From: Podarcis bocagei | Taxonomy: Eukaryota | Assembly (NCBI GenBank): GCA_964188305.1 | Contig: OZ076895.1 | Direction: 5' to 3' (one strand) | DNA length: 64,000 nucleotides | Shown: positions 63,792 to 64,000 of the stretch, one piece after another | How positions within the stretch are numbered: position 1 is the first letter of the stretch | How the letters are laid out: the number at the start of each line of letters is the position of its first letter | Notes under the pieces: generated by a model | The model's input: the letters and a program-made list of their open reading frames with translations, nothing else | Databases searched by the model: none | Told to the model about the DNA's origin: nothing | Translations under genes and position numbers: made by a program

Positions 63792-64000
63792 CTACCAGTG
63801 GATGAGTGTATCTGGAACACCTCCATACTTCCATACAGCCTTCTCTGGAAACAATTTCCAGTATGAATTTGATTCCCAAACCTTTACTGAAGATTACAGA
63901 AATCACAGCAGTTCAAGTGTGGCTTTGTTAATTTTCTGGTCACTCGGTTCCATTATGTCACTGTGGCTATCAACACTATCAACACAACTGCTAACATCCT

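Noticed and set aside
1-64000. Most ORFs in the supplied six-frame track as host genes
   Set aside because: Short, often starting at non-ATG codons, with no recognisable domains and no consistent exon chain; those with recognisable motifs are TE-derived

Overview
A 64-kb window of vertebrate genomic DNA, almost certainly from a squamate reptile and probably a lacertid-type lizard. The evidence is Sauria SINEs, a Bov-B LINE, Squam3-like and tRNA-head/CR1-tail SINEs, and Penelope hammerhead repeats. I found no convincing host protein-coding exon. The ORFs I can recognise are all transposon-derived: L1, L2, RTE/Bov-B and a decayed hAT transposase. The window looks like intergenic or intronic DNA crowded with nested mobile elements, with a few TE-free enhancer-like blocks. 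Three signals stand out. (1) Two highly diverged copies of a DIRS/Ngaro-like repeat (about 2.8-3.4 kb and 51.1-51.7 kb) keep the same minus-strand RNA fold through compensatory changes, including an ENE-like U-rich internal loop. (2) Three different TG...CA solo LTRs each carry an acidic-then-basic reading frame of about 100 or more codons starting at LTR base 2. (3) A 170-bp zero-spacer palindrome is made of two head-to-head Penelope minimal hammerhead ribozymes and has a 14-bp target-site duplication (TSD). Family names come from pattern recognition, not database searches. Boundaries without TSDs are approximate.
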